Position numbers and translations under genes: made by a program. Below are positions 13,421 to 26,990 of a stretch of DNA of 64,000 bases, piece after piece. The notes below the pieces were generated by a model. It saw only the letters and a list, made by a program, of their open reading frames with translations. It was not told the origin of the DNA and made no database searches. The DNA is taken from the NCBI GenBank assembly GCA_022605425.2, contig CM061249.1:310001-374000 (forward strand), given 5' to 3'. The DNA comes from Hamiltosporidium tvaerminnensis FI-OER-3-3 (lineage: Eukaryota; Fungi; Microsporidia). The number at the start of each line of letters is the position of its first letter. The stretch's first letter is position 1.

Positions 13421-14519
13421 TTTATGTGAAAATTTAAAGTATATTTCCTTCTATTGCCATATCTGATGAAATTTTATTTAAACAATATCATATATTTTAC
13501 ATTGGCAACCGTAATTTTTTTTATAACATTAAGAAGATTCTAGGTTTAATGTATACCATGCTTGTTTTCTCCAATACTCTATCGGGATCTCTTACGATAC
13601 TTACACTCCTAGCATTTCGCCTACAAAGTTTAGAGCGTATTTTGTTAGCGTGCTGGTTGCCAGAAGTTCGTTTATTATATTCGTTGCTGGTGTATGATCG
13701 CAGATCTAAACCACTCTAGGGTCTCTAAAACTTTGCATCATTTCTAACTACTTTAGAATTTCTAAACTCAATAGACTTCTAGATAAAAATATCAGGCCAA
13801 CTCTCATGAGTCTACTTAGAAATGCATGCCATACCAAGATTTTAAGCTGCCAATTTGGTTTCTTGGTTTTTAAAGTTAATATTCTGTATTTCTAGAGCGT
13901 ATAGTCTCTTAACTTGAGTATGCCAGTCTAGGTGTCCACTCTTGAAATTGTAAATACATATAAGTTCTGCAACAGGCTGCGGTTTAGTTTTATAAAAAAA
14001 ATATTAAAGCTGAATTGTAGCAAACTGTTCAGCAAGTTTTTTCTCTTTTTTAACAACCCATGAATAAACCAAAAATCTAACGTGTTTTTATTCTCACCTA
14101 AAATTCTAAAAATTATATCTACATGCATTTAACATGCTCATTATAAAGCAGAAAATTTTTATTGTAGTTAATCTCTTCCAAAAAAAATAAAAACGAAACA
14201 TCTTATTTAATAATTATGTAATATAAACATAATTTGATAAGTAGATTATTTAGCGACTCGATGACAGAAAATGCTCTGTTTTGACTACACCAGGTGGCAT
14301 AATGAAATGGTAAGATGTCTGCATTATATTATTGTAAATAGCATTAAGTGCATTTCTACAAAACGAATATGAGTCGCACAGTTTAAGGAACTCTTGATAA
14401 AGAATATAAAGAATATAAAGAATTTGGAGTCGAGAGTGGAATTGAACAAAAGTCCAACTTCGAAATAATCTTCTCGATATTTTCGCTCTGGACAAGATTC
14501 ACAATACAATAACCTTCAT

Positions 14520-15090
14520 TGAAGAAGAACCACGACCTATGATTCATTTAAAGTAGTTAAATAAAAAAACTTAGGAAGTATGGTCGTTTATAAAGAGTCG
14601 GGTCTTACTTATAAGATTGGTTTCGAGATAAACCCTTGAAGAATAACTCTGAAATGTATTTTGACAAAGTACCACACAACATACCTTAAAATAATTCAAA
14701 TAAACAGGAATATAGAGGCATACATTCAGTCGATAGTATCCAATAAGACAGTAAAACTATTTACTTTGATCGGTAAAAAAACTTGAGTCTGGACCAAATG
14801 CTGAGAGAGTTAAAAGAAATTTTCAGTAAGTGTTATTACCAATGTAGAAATGCAAAACAAACAACTCTTCTTTAAAGCATGTAAAGCGGAGAAACTAGTG
14901 CTAAAAAATTATATGCGAGAAATATTTTCTTCTGTAATATTTTAGATGGCATAACTACTCGAGGGACCCGCCAATAGATAAAATGAAGAGTCTGATTTGG
15001 TGGAAGGGGGTTATATTGTTCAAATGGTGAAATAAATTTTTTAAAAGATAAAAAATTTGATAACCCAGAGCTTAATTAAAAAATGAAATA
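14520..15090 (+). mobile_element. Decayed 3' fragment of the R4/Dong-like RLE retrotransposon
   Basis: KLRKY and TKYHTTYLK...NIEAYIQSIV-like remnants; terminal taacccaga matches 49896-49904. Confidence 0.7.
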
Positions 15091-15239
15091 TTTATAATTC
15101 ATGTCAGGGTCAAGGTTTGATTGCAAGTAAAAGTGCAATTGATATCTAAGTTATTTAAAAGTGTTCATAAGCTTATAGATAGTCTGAAGGTAAAAAAATA
15201 TTTTATTTATTGTTTCAAATAAAAAACAACTTAAACAAA

Positions 15240-16300
15240 ATGACATTAATTTTGGCCAAAATAGAAAAGGAAACTAACAAAATCAAGGCTTCATATAGAA
15301 ATCTAAATGAAAACTCGTTTGTTTAATATAGTTTGAAATAAGCTGTGCGTTGATACGAAGAGATTCTTTTATATGTCTTAAATATAAACATAAAAAGGCT
15401 ATTAGAATCTTATAAATGGCATGAAAAAAACTATGTATAACAAAAGAGAAAACCCTTGAACCATCCTGATGGCATAAGTCGATAACGCGAGAAATTCAGG
15501 CGATTTCGAAAATAAATCGGTAGAGCACGAATGAAAAAAAGCGTGTCTGATATTAATGAATAAAATATATTTCATTAGTCAAGCAGCTAAAACTCATTAC
15601 TTTTAAGTCGATAAATGACTATTAAAAAACCATATAATCTAATAAATATCTAGGTGTTCTTCTGAAGAATTTTAACGACAATAGTAGAGAAATAGAAAAG
15701 ATTATATAGAGGATATAAGGCATATATATACTTCCTAGGAAATTGAAAATCGATAATCATAATTCTACAATGGGAACTATAAAACATATGAAATCCTTCT
15801 TAGATATAGAGATGTATGCTTGTGAGAAATAGCAATTTGCCAAATGTAATGATGCGATGATAGTAATTTGGTGATGTCATTTTAAAGAAAATATACTACA
15901 CAGTAAAAAATGTGAAAGATACCGAGAATATGCGGCAATATCGTTTTCAAAAGTTGCTATTAGAATTCAAATTTGTAAATAAAGTCACAAGAACCAGGAC
16001 CAAGCGTAGTAATGTTAAGAAAAAGAGAAATTTTAATATTCAAATACTCTGCATATAACTTCCAAGGTTGAAGATTATATTTCATATAAAAAGTAGATTG
16101 CTAAATAAAATGAAAATGAAGAAGTAGAATCGGTATAGATAAATATTAAAAGATTTCTTGATAGCAAAAGGTAATAGTTTACATAAAAACAAGTTCTAGT
16201 TTTTAAGTCGCCTCGAAGTCATAGAGTAAGTTGCTATTTCAGCAACAGCGTAACTTTCAAAAATTATTAAAGTAAGAATAAATTATACTTTTTGATAATA
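15240..16300 (+). mobile_element. Highly decayed Mutator-like (MULE) transposase remnant
   Basis: Degenerate DGTFK-like (~15770) and CxxH-like (VIW*CHFKENIL, ~15862-15900) motifs in the expected order; no intact ORF. Confidence 0.3.
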
Positions 16301-17404
16301 TAAAAGAGAAAAGGGATATATTTTAGTTAGATCTGATGAAATCGTTGAAATTCTGGGGTTTAGAAGCTGGTTTCTTCTTGGCCAATTTTTCTATATCAGA
16401 TATAATGTTCGGAACACCTATTTCTATTTTTTTTGATTAACAGCGAACCCATGTGGCTATTCTCCGAGCCATTGTTTTTACAATAAAATTTAAACATGTT
16501 TTCCTTACGTGTAGGTATACCCTAAAATTTAAGAAGTGAATATACGTCCATTGAAACAGCAAAACCTATAAAATACAACCAGGTAAGAATATAATACATA
16601 TCTACTAAAATTTAAAATATAAATATACTTTTAAATTGAAATTAAAAAATATTTTTTGATGATTCAAATTTTTTTTGCAACATTAAACATAATTAGGTCT
16701 TTATTTTTAGTCAATAAATGATTTAGAACGAATTGAAAAATATTTCTCCATGCAATCTTTAATAAATAAATCTTAAATTAAAATTAATTTTTATATTCCC
16801 TTTAAAAACCAATTTTGGGATTTATATTTTTTTTAAATTAACTATAACGTATTTTGGTATAATTATACCAATTTAAACTATATAAATTTTTATTGTGGCA
16901 TAATAAATGTAAATGTAGAACTGAAATTTTTTAGTATAAAATAGAATAATTGGGCTGATTTACAATAAATCATTAAATTCTTCTAAAGTTTTTACATACT
17001 GCTCTCAACTATAATAAATCGATCACTTAATATTTTATTTAGGGATTATTTTCTATAATTTATAGTTAATTAAAAATATATTATATTTTGTTTTACTCAA
17101 ATTAAATAAGTTCATTCGAACGAATGACTAGTCGAAAGACATAAATTGACAACCTTCCGATACTAACTTAAAAGAGAATATACAAATTTAAGTTTGGTCG
17201 TATTTTTTTATAATTAGGTAATTTAAGATATACAAGAAATAATTTAATTGTAATTTTTCGATAACATAGCAAGATAAAATATTTTTAATTATAAATTGTT
17301 TATGTTAAGATTTTAATGAAAAAAAACTATTTTTGCAATAAAAAAATCTTAATATTGTTACATAGGTGAAAATTTGCAATAATATCAGCGTAATGATTTA
17401 AATC

Positions 17405-18520
17405 ATGTTTAAGTTAATATTACACCGGGAAAATTTAGATGGATTATCAAAAATATGGGACCAAAACTCATTAAGACGGGTGTGCTTTTGAATTTCAGAC
17501 TAATCCAAAATCAAGATTTATCTGTGCTATTGCTTCTAAACCTTTGTCTCTACTTAAATACTTGGTGGCATAATTCATACCAGCAGAACAGCATGATTTC
17601 TATAGTATATTTGCTTTCCCAAAATAACGCAAATAGTAATGGCTCTGAATTTTCAAAAAAATATATATCTCTTCAAAATAGCTTCGAAAAAAAACGAAAT
17701 TTCTCAAGAGAAATATTAGAAAATTATAGACAGTATCTTTGAATTCTACATAATCGGAAAACGTACAGGGAAAATAAAAATATAAGACTAAACGAATAAA
17801 ACAAGTCAAAAATAAATAGTTAGCAAGTTCAAATTCCAACAGAAACTTGATATTTATGATTTAAAAGAAATAATCCATGTTAATTAAGAATATTTAAAGA
17901 AAATACTATAAGTAGTATTTGTAAGAATCACATATTTATAAGCAGGTTAAAAATTTAGGGGTATATAAGGTAAATGGCCCGGAAAAAAAAGAGTCTATAT
18001 CTAAAAATCTATGAAACATCTATAATACATAAAGTGAGATTACGTTTAGAAATACTTGAATGGTATAAACTGCAATTTTTTTAAAGGAAATATTAGTAAG
18101 ATAATTTTCAATGCTAGAAACGTGAGAATGGTTTTGAAAAGTGTGTTTGAAAAGCAAAATTCGTGACCTAAAGTAAAAAAACATACAAATTATAACTGCA
18201 AAGTAGGATTCTAACTAAATGATTGGTACGTATAACATTAAATCTAAATTTTAAAGTAACAGTCTAACACTCTGCTATATAAATAATACAAAAAAGATTA
18301 CGAAAGCTCTTTTTTAGTTCAAATTTGTACGTTAACTTGAGGGTATATTTGTAACTTTTTGGAAAAGGTATAGAAAATCTATACGCAAGGTGATACAGAG
18401 AACTTTTTTCCAAAAGTAAAAGTACATTTTTTATGTCGAATTGGCATTTCGTTGTACAATAATTGAGATCTGTAGTGCAAAGTCTTCAAAACCTAAACAA
18501 CAAATGAATTTCCATCATAA
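17405..18520 (+). pseudogene. Putative decayed serpin gene
   Basis: Serpin-like motifs in order across frames: KPLSLLKYL, KINS*(W) 17809-17823, IFISRLKFRGI ~17933-17965, LEILEWYK 18046-18069, PKVKKHTNY 18167-18193, VN-EG 18331-18344, VHFYVELAFRCTIIE 18422-18466. The ~1.1-kb span fits a serpin. Confidence 0.45.
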
Positions 18521-20469
18521 GCCTATCTTATATATTACCTCTTTCTAATTCTTTTATTGCAACACGATTTACACTTGAACATGAGTTTGCCAAGTTTTAC
18601 CATTCTAAAAACATTTTTTTGCTAGTTTGGTTGTTAGCCGAACGCAAGACTTCCATGTTTGAAAGATAACTATTAAGCCAGTAAGTAATTTATTCACCAT
18701 GAAAAAGTCAATTGCGATATACTCATTACTTGCCCATTTTCTATTAAGCCTTGTACATATTTAGACATGATTCTGATCTTTTATAGAGACTCATTATAAA
18801 ATTCTTAATATATAATATATTTTATTGTAAGATAATTATCTTCAAAAAATATAGAGATTCGTTTTTGGCTTATATCATTTTCTTTTGGCTAGAATTTATA
18901 TTAATAAGTATAATTTCAAAAAAATAGCAAATTCCAAACAAAGATACAACAATATTTTTTAAATAATGGTTGGAGTTCTTGAAACATGTGTTCAGTATTC
19001 AAGATCATGGTTTCTCTTTTTTTTTCAAAGAGATGTTCCACGGTTCAAATTAACGATTGTGAAAGTAGAACCAACCCTCACTTTTGCGTCATCGATTTGG
19101 TATATTTTAATGCTAATATTTTACATCTATATCTCTGATTTTTTATATTGCGAAATCTCTTTATGGTAAAAAAAATGTATAAGAGACCAAACCATTGAAA
19201 TAAAATATTGAGTAAATAAGCCATAATCAATGTTTTCCGAAATTTTCCGAAATTTTTTGTTTATTTTGAAACTGTTCAAGCTATAACTTAATATTAATAA
19301 TACAGAATGAACTTATTCTGTTGATTATTTTTATTTAGTTTTTTGTTTTTTTAGTCTTTTCACAAAATATTATTTATATGGGCTTAATTCTAATTCAATA
19401 GAATAATATCAACCACTAATAGATATAGAAAACAAGAGGATGAACTTCTTCGATTGCTTATACATATTATGAAGATAATTATCACGCTTACGGTTTTGAA
19501 ATAAAACAAAATATAATAATTTGAAAAAATAACGATAATAACGAGTATCGAAACATATTTGACAAAGTACAAATCGATGCCTCTATTGGATTAATCTTCC
19601 TTACGACTAGCAATAAAAATGAATTTCGTATTTTAATCATTTAAATTTAAAATGATATACCACAGCATTTCACTAAATCAATAAAGCGAAATAAATTTTA
19701 TTGACAAGTAAATTTGACCTTCATTGTAACACATGTATATATAAAGCTTGAATTTGGTTAATTACTAGGCAAATATATGTTTGAGCTTATATTAAACTTA
19801 ATATACAAATTCAGAACAATATATTACACCCATATCGATTCAAATATTTGGTTTTGTACCGATTTGTGTTTATTAAAAATGTAATTATGTATAAAAAGTG
19901 TCAAAATATCTATCGTAGAGAACGCTAGCATTCTTCATAAAATGTTCTTAAAAAAAACACATCTAAAATAAAATTTCTATGAAAGCCAGAAACTTTAATT
20001 TTAGTCTGTTTTGTAGGTTTTTAAACGAGACTTTTTACGTAAAACAAACAAATTTTTATAGAAACATCTAAAACCATTATTTCATGCAAACACTAAGCCC
20101 ATTATGAATTTTTAAATTATATGTAAAGAAATATATGAGATTGATATAATCGGCGAGTCTTTATGACTATAATATCTATTAAAATCAAACAATTGTAGTG
20201 CCTCATCTATATCTTACAATAAATCTATAGAAGCCGTTTAGAGATTTAAGTTCGAACATTATGCTTAATAATTCTTGATAAGGAAACCCATAAATAGTAT
20301 CAGATATATAAAAATTTTTTTTTATAGCGATATACCCCGAATTTTTGATTCCTGGGAATAAATTAGACTCGATAGGATAAACAAAAACAATATCCTAGAT
20401 TTCTTCTGATTAATAAAAATGATAATACCAGATTCTTGACAAGACTTTAAATGAAAGTCATGTTTGTAT

Positions 20470-20709
20470 TCATTTATTCATCTTCGGCACTAAAGTTCAC
20501 ATGAGCTTTGGCCTCCGTCAGTAATACCGCCCATGTTTTCTTTCCAGTAGGTTTGTTTACTTTTTTGAGTATCGTAACTGGGTGGGTTTAAAGAGCGGGT
20601 TATTTTTAGCCCTAGGCCCAACTCCAACCTGGAGGATCAGTCCTTTTTAATTGCCTCTTTCAAAGCAGAGAATACTCCAAGCCAATTCTGCTCTCGGCAT
20701 GCAGGAGAA
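20470..20709 (-). mobile_element. Bipartite non-autonomous RTE-derived SINE-like element, copy 1 (~240 bp)
   Basis: 5' ~160 bp matches the RTE 5' UTR (8450-8600) and 3' ~80 bp matches the RTE 3' end (5525-5605). GATGAATAAATGAA tail. Degenerate 11-bp TSD catgtttgtat (20459-20469) / catgattatat (20710-20720). Confidence 0.85.
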
Positions 20710-22289
20710 CATGATTATATAGATGTTTTAAATATTTCACTGTACATAATTCAGAAATATATATTATAGAATAATCTTAAGTGTATGTCCAGCTCCGAAG
20801 AAAATGTTTAAATAATATTAAATTGATTTTTGTTTTTATAAATTTGAGTTGAACAACTATCATAATTTTTATTTATATATTTTTGCTTGTATTAAATGTA
20901 AGTAAAATCTTAGATGCGGATCTAATTCAGTTATTTGTTGCATTTTATTAAAAAAAGCACGATTTTAGGCCAAACATATGCAAATATATATTTAAATGTT
21001 AATATTAATTTCTTGGTGTCTTTATAATTCCATACTATTTTCATTCTTAATACTTAAAGGATTCCCGATTAATATAAAGAATATTTACTCAAATAGACTT
21101 GCATTTTTAATTAAATATGTTTTGTTATTTATTTTATTTTTTTAACTATTCTTTTAATTAAAGAATATATATTTTAAAGTGGTTTAAGAGAGGGTGTTTA
21201 AGCCAGTCATTCAAGTACTTCCCCGATTTTTCTTAAAATTTCTTTAATGTCGTGCTATATGACAATATTTTACACCGTAAAAACCAAATTTGAATTATGA
21301 TTATTATTGTGAAAGATCTCAAAAACAATTTTAATAAACTGAGAGTATATCTAGGTATCTAAAGTTTGAAAATAATAGCAAGTTTTCCGACGGCTTCATA
21401 TTATCTTAAACAATATACCCTAATAGTGTCTTGTCTAAATGTTTTCCATACCAATATTTTTTTAGGATTTATATTTTTACGAAAAAGCGGTGGAGTATTT
21501 GGCCTCGAATATTCCATTTTTTGCGTAACACCACTCTTTCTAAATATGATGTACTTGGATATATTTTATCTTGCTCCGAACTTTTTCTATTTTTAATCTT
21601 TACAATTTTGTGTATAGATGCAAGCAATGACTCAAAAACTCTACTTAAGCAGAAACCCACCAGTATGTCAATAAAAAATCCAGACTTACCAATTTCTTAA
21701 GTTTTATTTATTAAATAGAAAGTTTAAATTTTTTTATATTAAAAAATGAGTTATAATATTTTAAATTTATATTTTTCATTGAAGAATTCTATTATAATCA
21801 GGAATTATATATTTTATTATATATCTTTCTGAAATTTCAAAAAAATCCTAACGACTTAAAATTTCTATAAATATTTGCGTCAATTATTATTAAATTAAGT
21901 ATTTTGTGTTTAAAAATACCCTAAATGAGTTTATTAAATCAACCAGAGAGAAATATGCTCAAGTGATGTTATATTTAAAGATATTCATTAAGAAAACAAT
22001 CCTAACTGCTACAATTATCTAGGTCTACGACTCATGAAACATTACAGAAATATATAAATCAGGAGATACAAATGGAAAACATGAATCTTGACAGCCTCTT
22101 ATATATATATTAGAATAGTCAATGTAATTTCAAATTTTAGAAAAGAAAATTCTGAAATTAGCCAACCAGAAATTGCCAGAAAACTAGATGCATTATTATG
22201 TAATGCTAATTGTACTTTCTAGACTATAATAGATCATCCAATAAATGTTAGTAGATATGACTGTTCCGCTGCTCGATAACCTTTTTTGA

Positions 22290-22900
22290 CCAAAAAATCT
22301 AGTTTCTAGATTTGAAATTTCATTACGAATTTATCTACTTCGCCTGAAGGTTTTAAGTGTAATATTTCGTGAAGAATGCAAGCTTAGATCCTTTAATTAA
22401 GATGCTAATGTATGTTTTTCATATGAGCAAGGGGAACACATAATTCCCAAATATATGACCCCAGAAGTAATTCCGAAGGGAAAAATATTGTGGTTTGAAG
22501 ATGCATGTAAAAAGCCGGCGATGGAAATTTGGTATTTATTAATCTCATTATAGACCGGTTTTGATATTTTAGTATTCTTTCGAGCATCGAGAATCGTCTG
22601 CTTGAAATATGAGTGTACGATTGTATTCTTACGAAAGATAATCACCATATGTAAACATCAAAACTGTCCGTTGCAATTTTGAAATAAGGAAATCATAATA
22701 CTTCATTGGTTCTCCCGGTCTCTAAATTTTAATCCAAAGAACATTTTTGGAATTATATGCAAAAAAATGCCTTACTTACCCCTAAATATATGAATGAAGC
22801 CAAGTAAAATCCAATCGAAATTTAGAATGATGTGTTATTGTAGCAGTGTAGACACTTGTTATCGCGATGAAACAACGAGTTTTTGCCGTTCTATTTGCTC
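22290..22900 (-). pseudogene. Putative decayed reprolysin/ADAM-like (metzincin) metalloprotease
   Basis: SGVIYLGIMCSP (GxAyxGxmC pattern), followed after a stop/frameshift by ILHEILH (HExxH, 22357-22371) and DKFVM (Met-turn-like). Confidence 0.45.
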
Positions 22901-24257
22901 GTTGATACAATACTAAATATTAAATCGATGAGTTTAATTTCTTTTGATTATACTTTTGTAAGTTCAATTTTTTTGTTTTCTATAAGAAATATTTTTTAAA
23001 ATGACCTTAACTATTTGTTAAAAATATACTATTTTTATAACAATCTAAACATTTTAAACATCGAAGTTCTGTAGATGAATAAGTTTATTTAGTCATAACT
23101 GTTAGAATTTTTTTGAGCTATTTACTGCATAAAAAAATATAAAATTGCATTTCTTGAAATGTAAATTACTTTTTTGGGAGAACGTTTTTTAACCTCTTCA
23201 TATTTTTTTATTTTGCATAATTTCTGAATTTCAAAAGAAAAAGTGATCAGGTAGTCGTTTACGAGTAATAAATTTTCCATCTATATGATTTTTAATGAAT
23301 TTTTAACTCGCAGGTTTTGATATACGAAATTTTAAATTTTCTTTAACTGCAATTCTCATATTCTATCGCGAAAATTTTCAATTTCGATTTTCTCTTGTGT
23401 ATTTATGTCATAACTCGGGAAATAATTTTAAGAAAAGCCATAAAAATTCTTTTTAGCCAATATTACAAAAAAATTAAGCTTTTAGAACCTTTGTGTGTCA
23501 TTCAAATTAATAAGCCTAATTACAGGCCATTTGAGTTAAGTAAAGTTTCACTGCTTTAAACGAATAAAAGCGCTAACTATGCTGTTCGAAAAACGTTTTT
23601 CAATTTGATCATATTATAAATAAAAAAACAAAAATCTTTGGCATTTTTGGTCAGGGTGTTATTATTTCGAATTATACATTTGCGTTATTTTTTAAGGGCC
23701 AAAGATTATCTTCAAAAAAAATTATGATTTTATAGCTTTGAGTATTGTTTTATCCTCATGTATTTAAATTATTCTAATTTATAACATAACAGTAAATAAA
23801 GCACCTTCAAAATATCCTAAAATATTCGATAGAAAAATTTAAAGACAAATATCGATATAACATTAATTTTATTCTAAAATTAGAAACGAGAGACTAAAAA
23901 TAGTAACTTTAAATGGAATTTTTTATAATATTTTGTTTCATAAAATGCCAGAAAAGCATCGAAATTTCTAATATAAAACCGGTTATATAAAACCATACTT
24001 TTTAAATTTCTATTTTTTGTAAAAGAAACATTCACACAATGTTTTTGTCAATATTTAAACAGTTTAAATTTTTCTTTATATTTTAAACTATAATTAAAAT
24101 TAAAGTTCATTATGATTAATAAGCATTTGTTCGATTTCAATTGATGTTAAATTTCAGAAATAGAAACATGGTATTTAAGCCAAAAATAGATACCGATTTT
24201 TGACTTGTTTAAATTTAAAATATACTAGAAATATTTAAAGAATAAGAAATTATTTAT

Positions 24258-26612
24258 TTAAGGGAAATTATATATAAATTCGGAATCTAGGTATGCATTA
24301 ACTTCATTTGATCTTTTACTTCGAATTGGTTTCATTAAGACGAATTCCGTATTCTTAAAGTTTTTCCTACGAATGTTTTGAACAATTTTATAATCAATTG
24401 TATCTAAAGCAATAGATAAACTTAATAAATTTTTATAAGATCTTAAAAGATGGATGTCTTCAGGCGTAATTTCAGTAAGATGTATCGTTATAGAAATTAC
24501 TGTATCGAATAAATTAGAATTCTCGAAAACTTTTTTAAAAGCTATTCTTTCTGTTAAGCCGTAAAAATTTATATCAACAACTTTTAGTTTGTTCATTTTT
24601 GGGAAAAATGTATAATCGATTTCTGTAAATCGATAGAAAGTTAAAAATATCGAGTTAAGTCTTGAAAAATCATAAATGTCAGATAAAAAATAAAGAAAGT
24701 TTTTCATTTGATCATTCATATACGATGATTCCAAATCCAAATGTTTTAAAAATATCTTTTCGGTCTTATTTTTACTAAAAAAATCAAGGAGGTTGTAATA
24801 CGGCTTTCTCGAAGCTAATTTTTTATAATTAAAATGTGTCTTTTCCATTTTCAAATTACAAACACATTTAAACTTTGAAAAATAACTTAAAAGTCTCGAT
24901 TCGATACAAAATTTAGAATTAGAAAGAATTAAAGTCTTTAGATTGAAATTTAAAGTATAATTTCTATCAATCAATTTTTCGTTGTAGGAACACTCGAAAT
25001 TCTTTATTTCGATGGAAAATAATGAAGTTGTTTCTAAAATATATATCAGTAACTCATTAGATACTATTATATTTTCAAAATATATATGCTTTAGAGTTTT
25101 ACAATATCTTAAAGCGACATAAACTTGGCTATCAAGTTTTTGTGGATATAATGACTCGAGCATATAAATCTTAATTTTTTTAGTATTCATACATTCAAAA
25201 CGGAATATATCGTAACAATATCTAAGAAAATCTCCGTAGAAATACCTATAATATGCACTTATAAATGGAGTTTGGTTTAGAGGATTGCCTGTTAAATATC
25301 CACCAATTTTGCAATACATAGGAAAAAACAAAAGGTTATTTGGCATACATTTCAATATACCCGGATCACTATTATCATAAATATAGTCTGATGAAACAAC
25401 TTTATATGATGTATTCAAATTCTCAGAACAGAAATCTATTAAAAATCGCAAAGTATTAAAATCGATTTTACGTGTTTTTATTGAAATTTTTACCATGTTT
25501 TTGTAAGACACCAATATCTCTTTTAATTCCTCCAAAGTGAAATCAAATTCAAACTTCAAAACTTTTAAGTTTTTTAAAAATATATGATTTTTCATTTTTA
25601 AAAGTAGTTTTGTCGCATTTTTTATTGAATGGATATAAAATTTTTCCGAAGGAAGCTTTGCACCAGAAAAAATTTCAAAAATACTTTTAAGTGTTTCTTC
25701 TAATGCAAATGCAAAGTAAATAAAATCTATTCGTGTAATTTTAAGTAAAAAAACCCAAATATTACGTAGAAGATATGAGGTCATCAACTTCGATAATTTT
25801 TTTGCGTTAAAATCATTTAATCGTAAACAAATTTTATTTCTTTGAAGCATTTTGTTTTTTTCCTGATAAAAAACAGAACCTTCAATCTTGAAACATGTTA
25901 TCTTGTTTTCTTTTAAAACAAGATAGTGCTTGGTCCTGTTTTCTTTAAAATAAACTAATTCCATGAAAAATACCAATAAATCTCTCGATAATGATCGCTT
26001 TGTATCATGGATAAGATAATTATAATAACTTTCATTTAAATAAAAACCAAAAGACAATGTATTCAGTCCATATACAAGACTTCTTAACAATTCTTTAATA
26101 AATAGATCTCTCTGCTTAGATTTTTTAATATCTAATATAGTAATAATTCTTAAGATTTCCAGAAAAGCCTTAATCGTTATTTGATTAGTAAGAATATTCG
26201 ATTTCTTTACCAATTCAAGGAAAAGAAGAAAATTTGAGCTTGAAATATTTTTTATAAACACTCTAAAAGTTGTTTTTTCTCTATCAAATAAGGATTTTAA
26301 AAGTGTAGAATTGAGTAGCATATTTTTCGTGTATGGCAGTGCTATAATATCTGGATTATAATATTTTGTTGTTCCAAACTTACGTTCATGAGATAATATG
26401 TTGTTTTGAAACAATGTAATTTTATTATTCTTATTGAAATATTCTATATTTTCATTAATAAACATATTTTCAATAGTATGAGCGCTTTCTATTAGATTTG
26501 AAATTCTGTTCTCTTCGTTTATAATATAAAATGATACGCTTGTAAGAGAAGCTATCAGCACACATGTAGTAAAAAGATAAAATATAGGGGAAAAGGAATT
26601 ACAGTAAGACAT
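24258..26612 (-). CDS. Lineage-specific 784-aa protein: predicted signal peptide, BTB/Skp1-like segment, LRR-like repeats; distant relative of 1733-4087
   Basis: Intact ORF; hydrophobic leader FSPIFYLFTTCVLIASL; repeats LKNLKVLKF, LKTLILSN, LKHLDLES, YKNLLSLSI; CCC motif ~20 nt upstream of the ATG. Confidence 0.8.
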   Translation of the reverse strand: MSYCNSFSPIFYLFTTCVLIASLTSVSFYIINEENRISNLIESAHTIENMFINENIEYFNKNNKITLFQNNILSHERKFGTTKYYNPDIIALPYTKNMLLNSTLLKSLFDREKTTFRVFIKNISSSNFLLFLELVKKSNILTNQITIKAFLEILRIITILDIKKSKQRDLFIKELLRSLVYGLNTLSFGFYLNESYYNYLIHDTKRSLSRDLLVFFMELVYFKENRTKHYLVLKENKITCFKIEGSVFYQEKNKMLQRNKICLRLNDFNAKKLSKLMTSYLLRNIWVFLLKITRIDFIYFAFALEETLKSIFEIFSGAKLPSEKFYIHSIKNATKLLLKMKNHIFLKNLKVLKFEFDFTLEELKEILVSYKNMVKISIKTRKIDFNTLRFLIDFCSENLNTSYKVVSSDYIYDNSDPGILKCMPNNLLFFPMYCKIGGYLTGNPLNQTPFISAYYRYFYGDFLRYCYDIFRFECMNTKKIKIYMLESLYPQKLDSQVYVALRYCKTLKHIYFENIIVSNELLIYILETTSLFSIEIKNFECSYNEKLIDRNYTLNFNLKTLILSNSKFCIESRLLSYFSKFKCVCNLKMEKTHFNYKKLASRKPYYNLLDFFSKNKTEKIFLKHLDLESSYMNDQMKNFLYFLSDIYDFSRLNSIFLTFYRFTEIDYTFFPKMNKLKVVDINFYGLTERIAFKKVFENSNLFDTVISITIHLTEITPEDIHLLRSYKNLLSLSIALDTIDYKIVQNIRRKNFKNTEFVLMKPIRSKRSNEVNAYLDSEFIYNFP

Positions 26613-26769
26613 TTTTTATGTTGAATGTATATGGGTTTCATGTAATTAATAAGTTAATTACTGAAAAAATATATCAGTTTTTATTTATTAATTAATAATA
26701 TTAATTAAATATGGCGGAAGGAAATACTATATGTTTTAAAAGGTATGTTATATTAAAAAATAATTTAAT

Positions 26770-26990
26770 ATGGATCACACAGGCCGTGACTAATCAAGTT
26801 CCAAAGCTTACGTTTGTCAATTATGCCAATAAAGAGAGTAATTTTTCTTGTGATAGACCAAGAAAACTCATTTGCGTAAAATTTTTTTATTATAGTTAGA
26901 ACATAACCTCTCTTTAAATTTAAAAAAACGGCGTGAGGCATTAAAGCCATTAACTTCTATAATATGAGCAAATAGAAGGAAAATACATAA
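26770..26990 (+). mobile_element. Short integrase zinc-binding-domain remnant (Ginger-like)
   Basis: DHTGRD*...YVCQLCQ in a frame containing stops. Confidence 0.3.

Noticed and set aside
13560-14130. Possible Merlin/ISXO2-like remnant (also 37800-38480)
   Set aside because: Only vague similarity (FIHGLLK, AWVL); no clear catalytic motif.
19390-21700. Short hydrophobic ORFs (19390-19572, 21366-21700)
   Set aside because: TTG starts, under 90 aa; hydrophobicity is expected from AT-rich codons; could be relics but not assignable.
1733-26612. Two LRR-like ORFs are both exactly 784 aa
   Set aside because: Sequences are highly divergent; identical length treated as coincidence within a similarly sized family.
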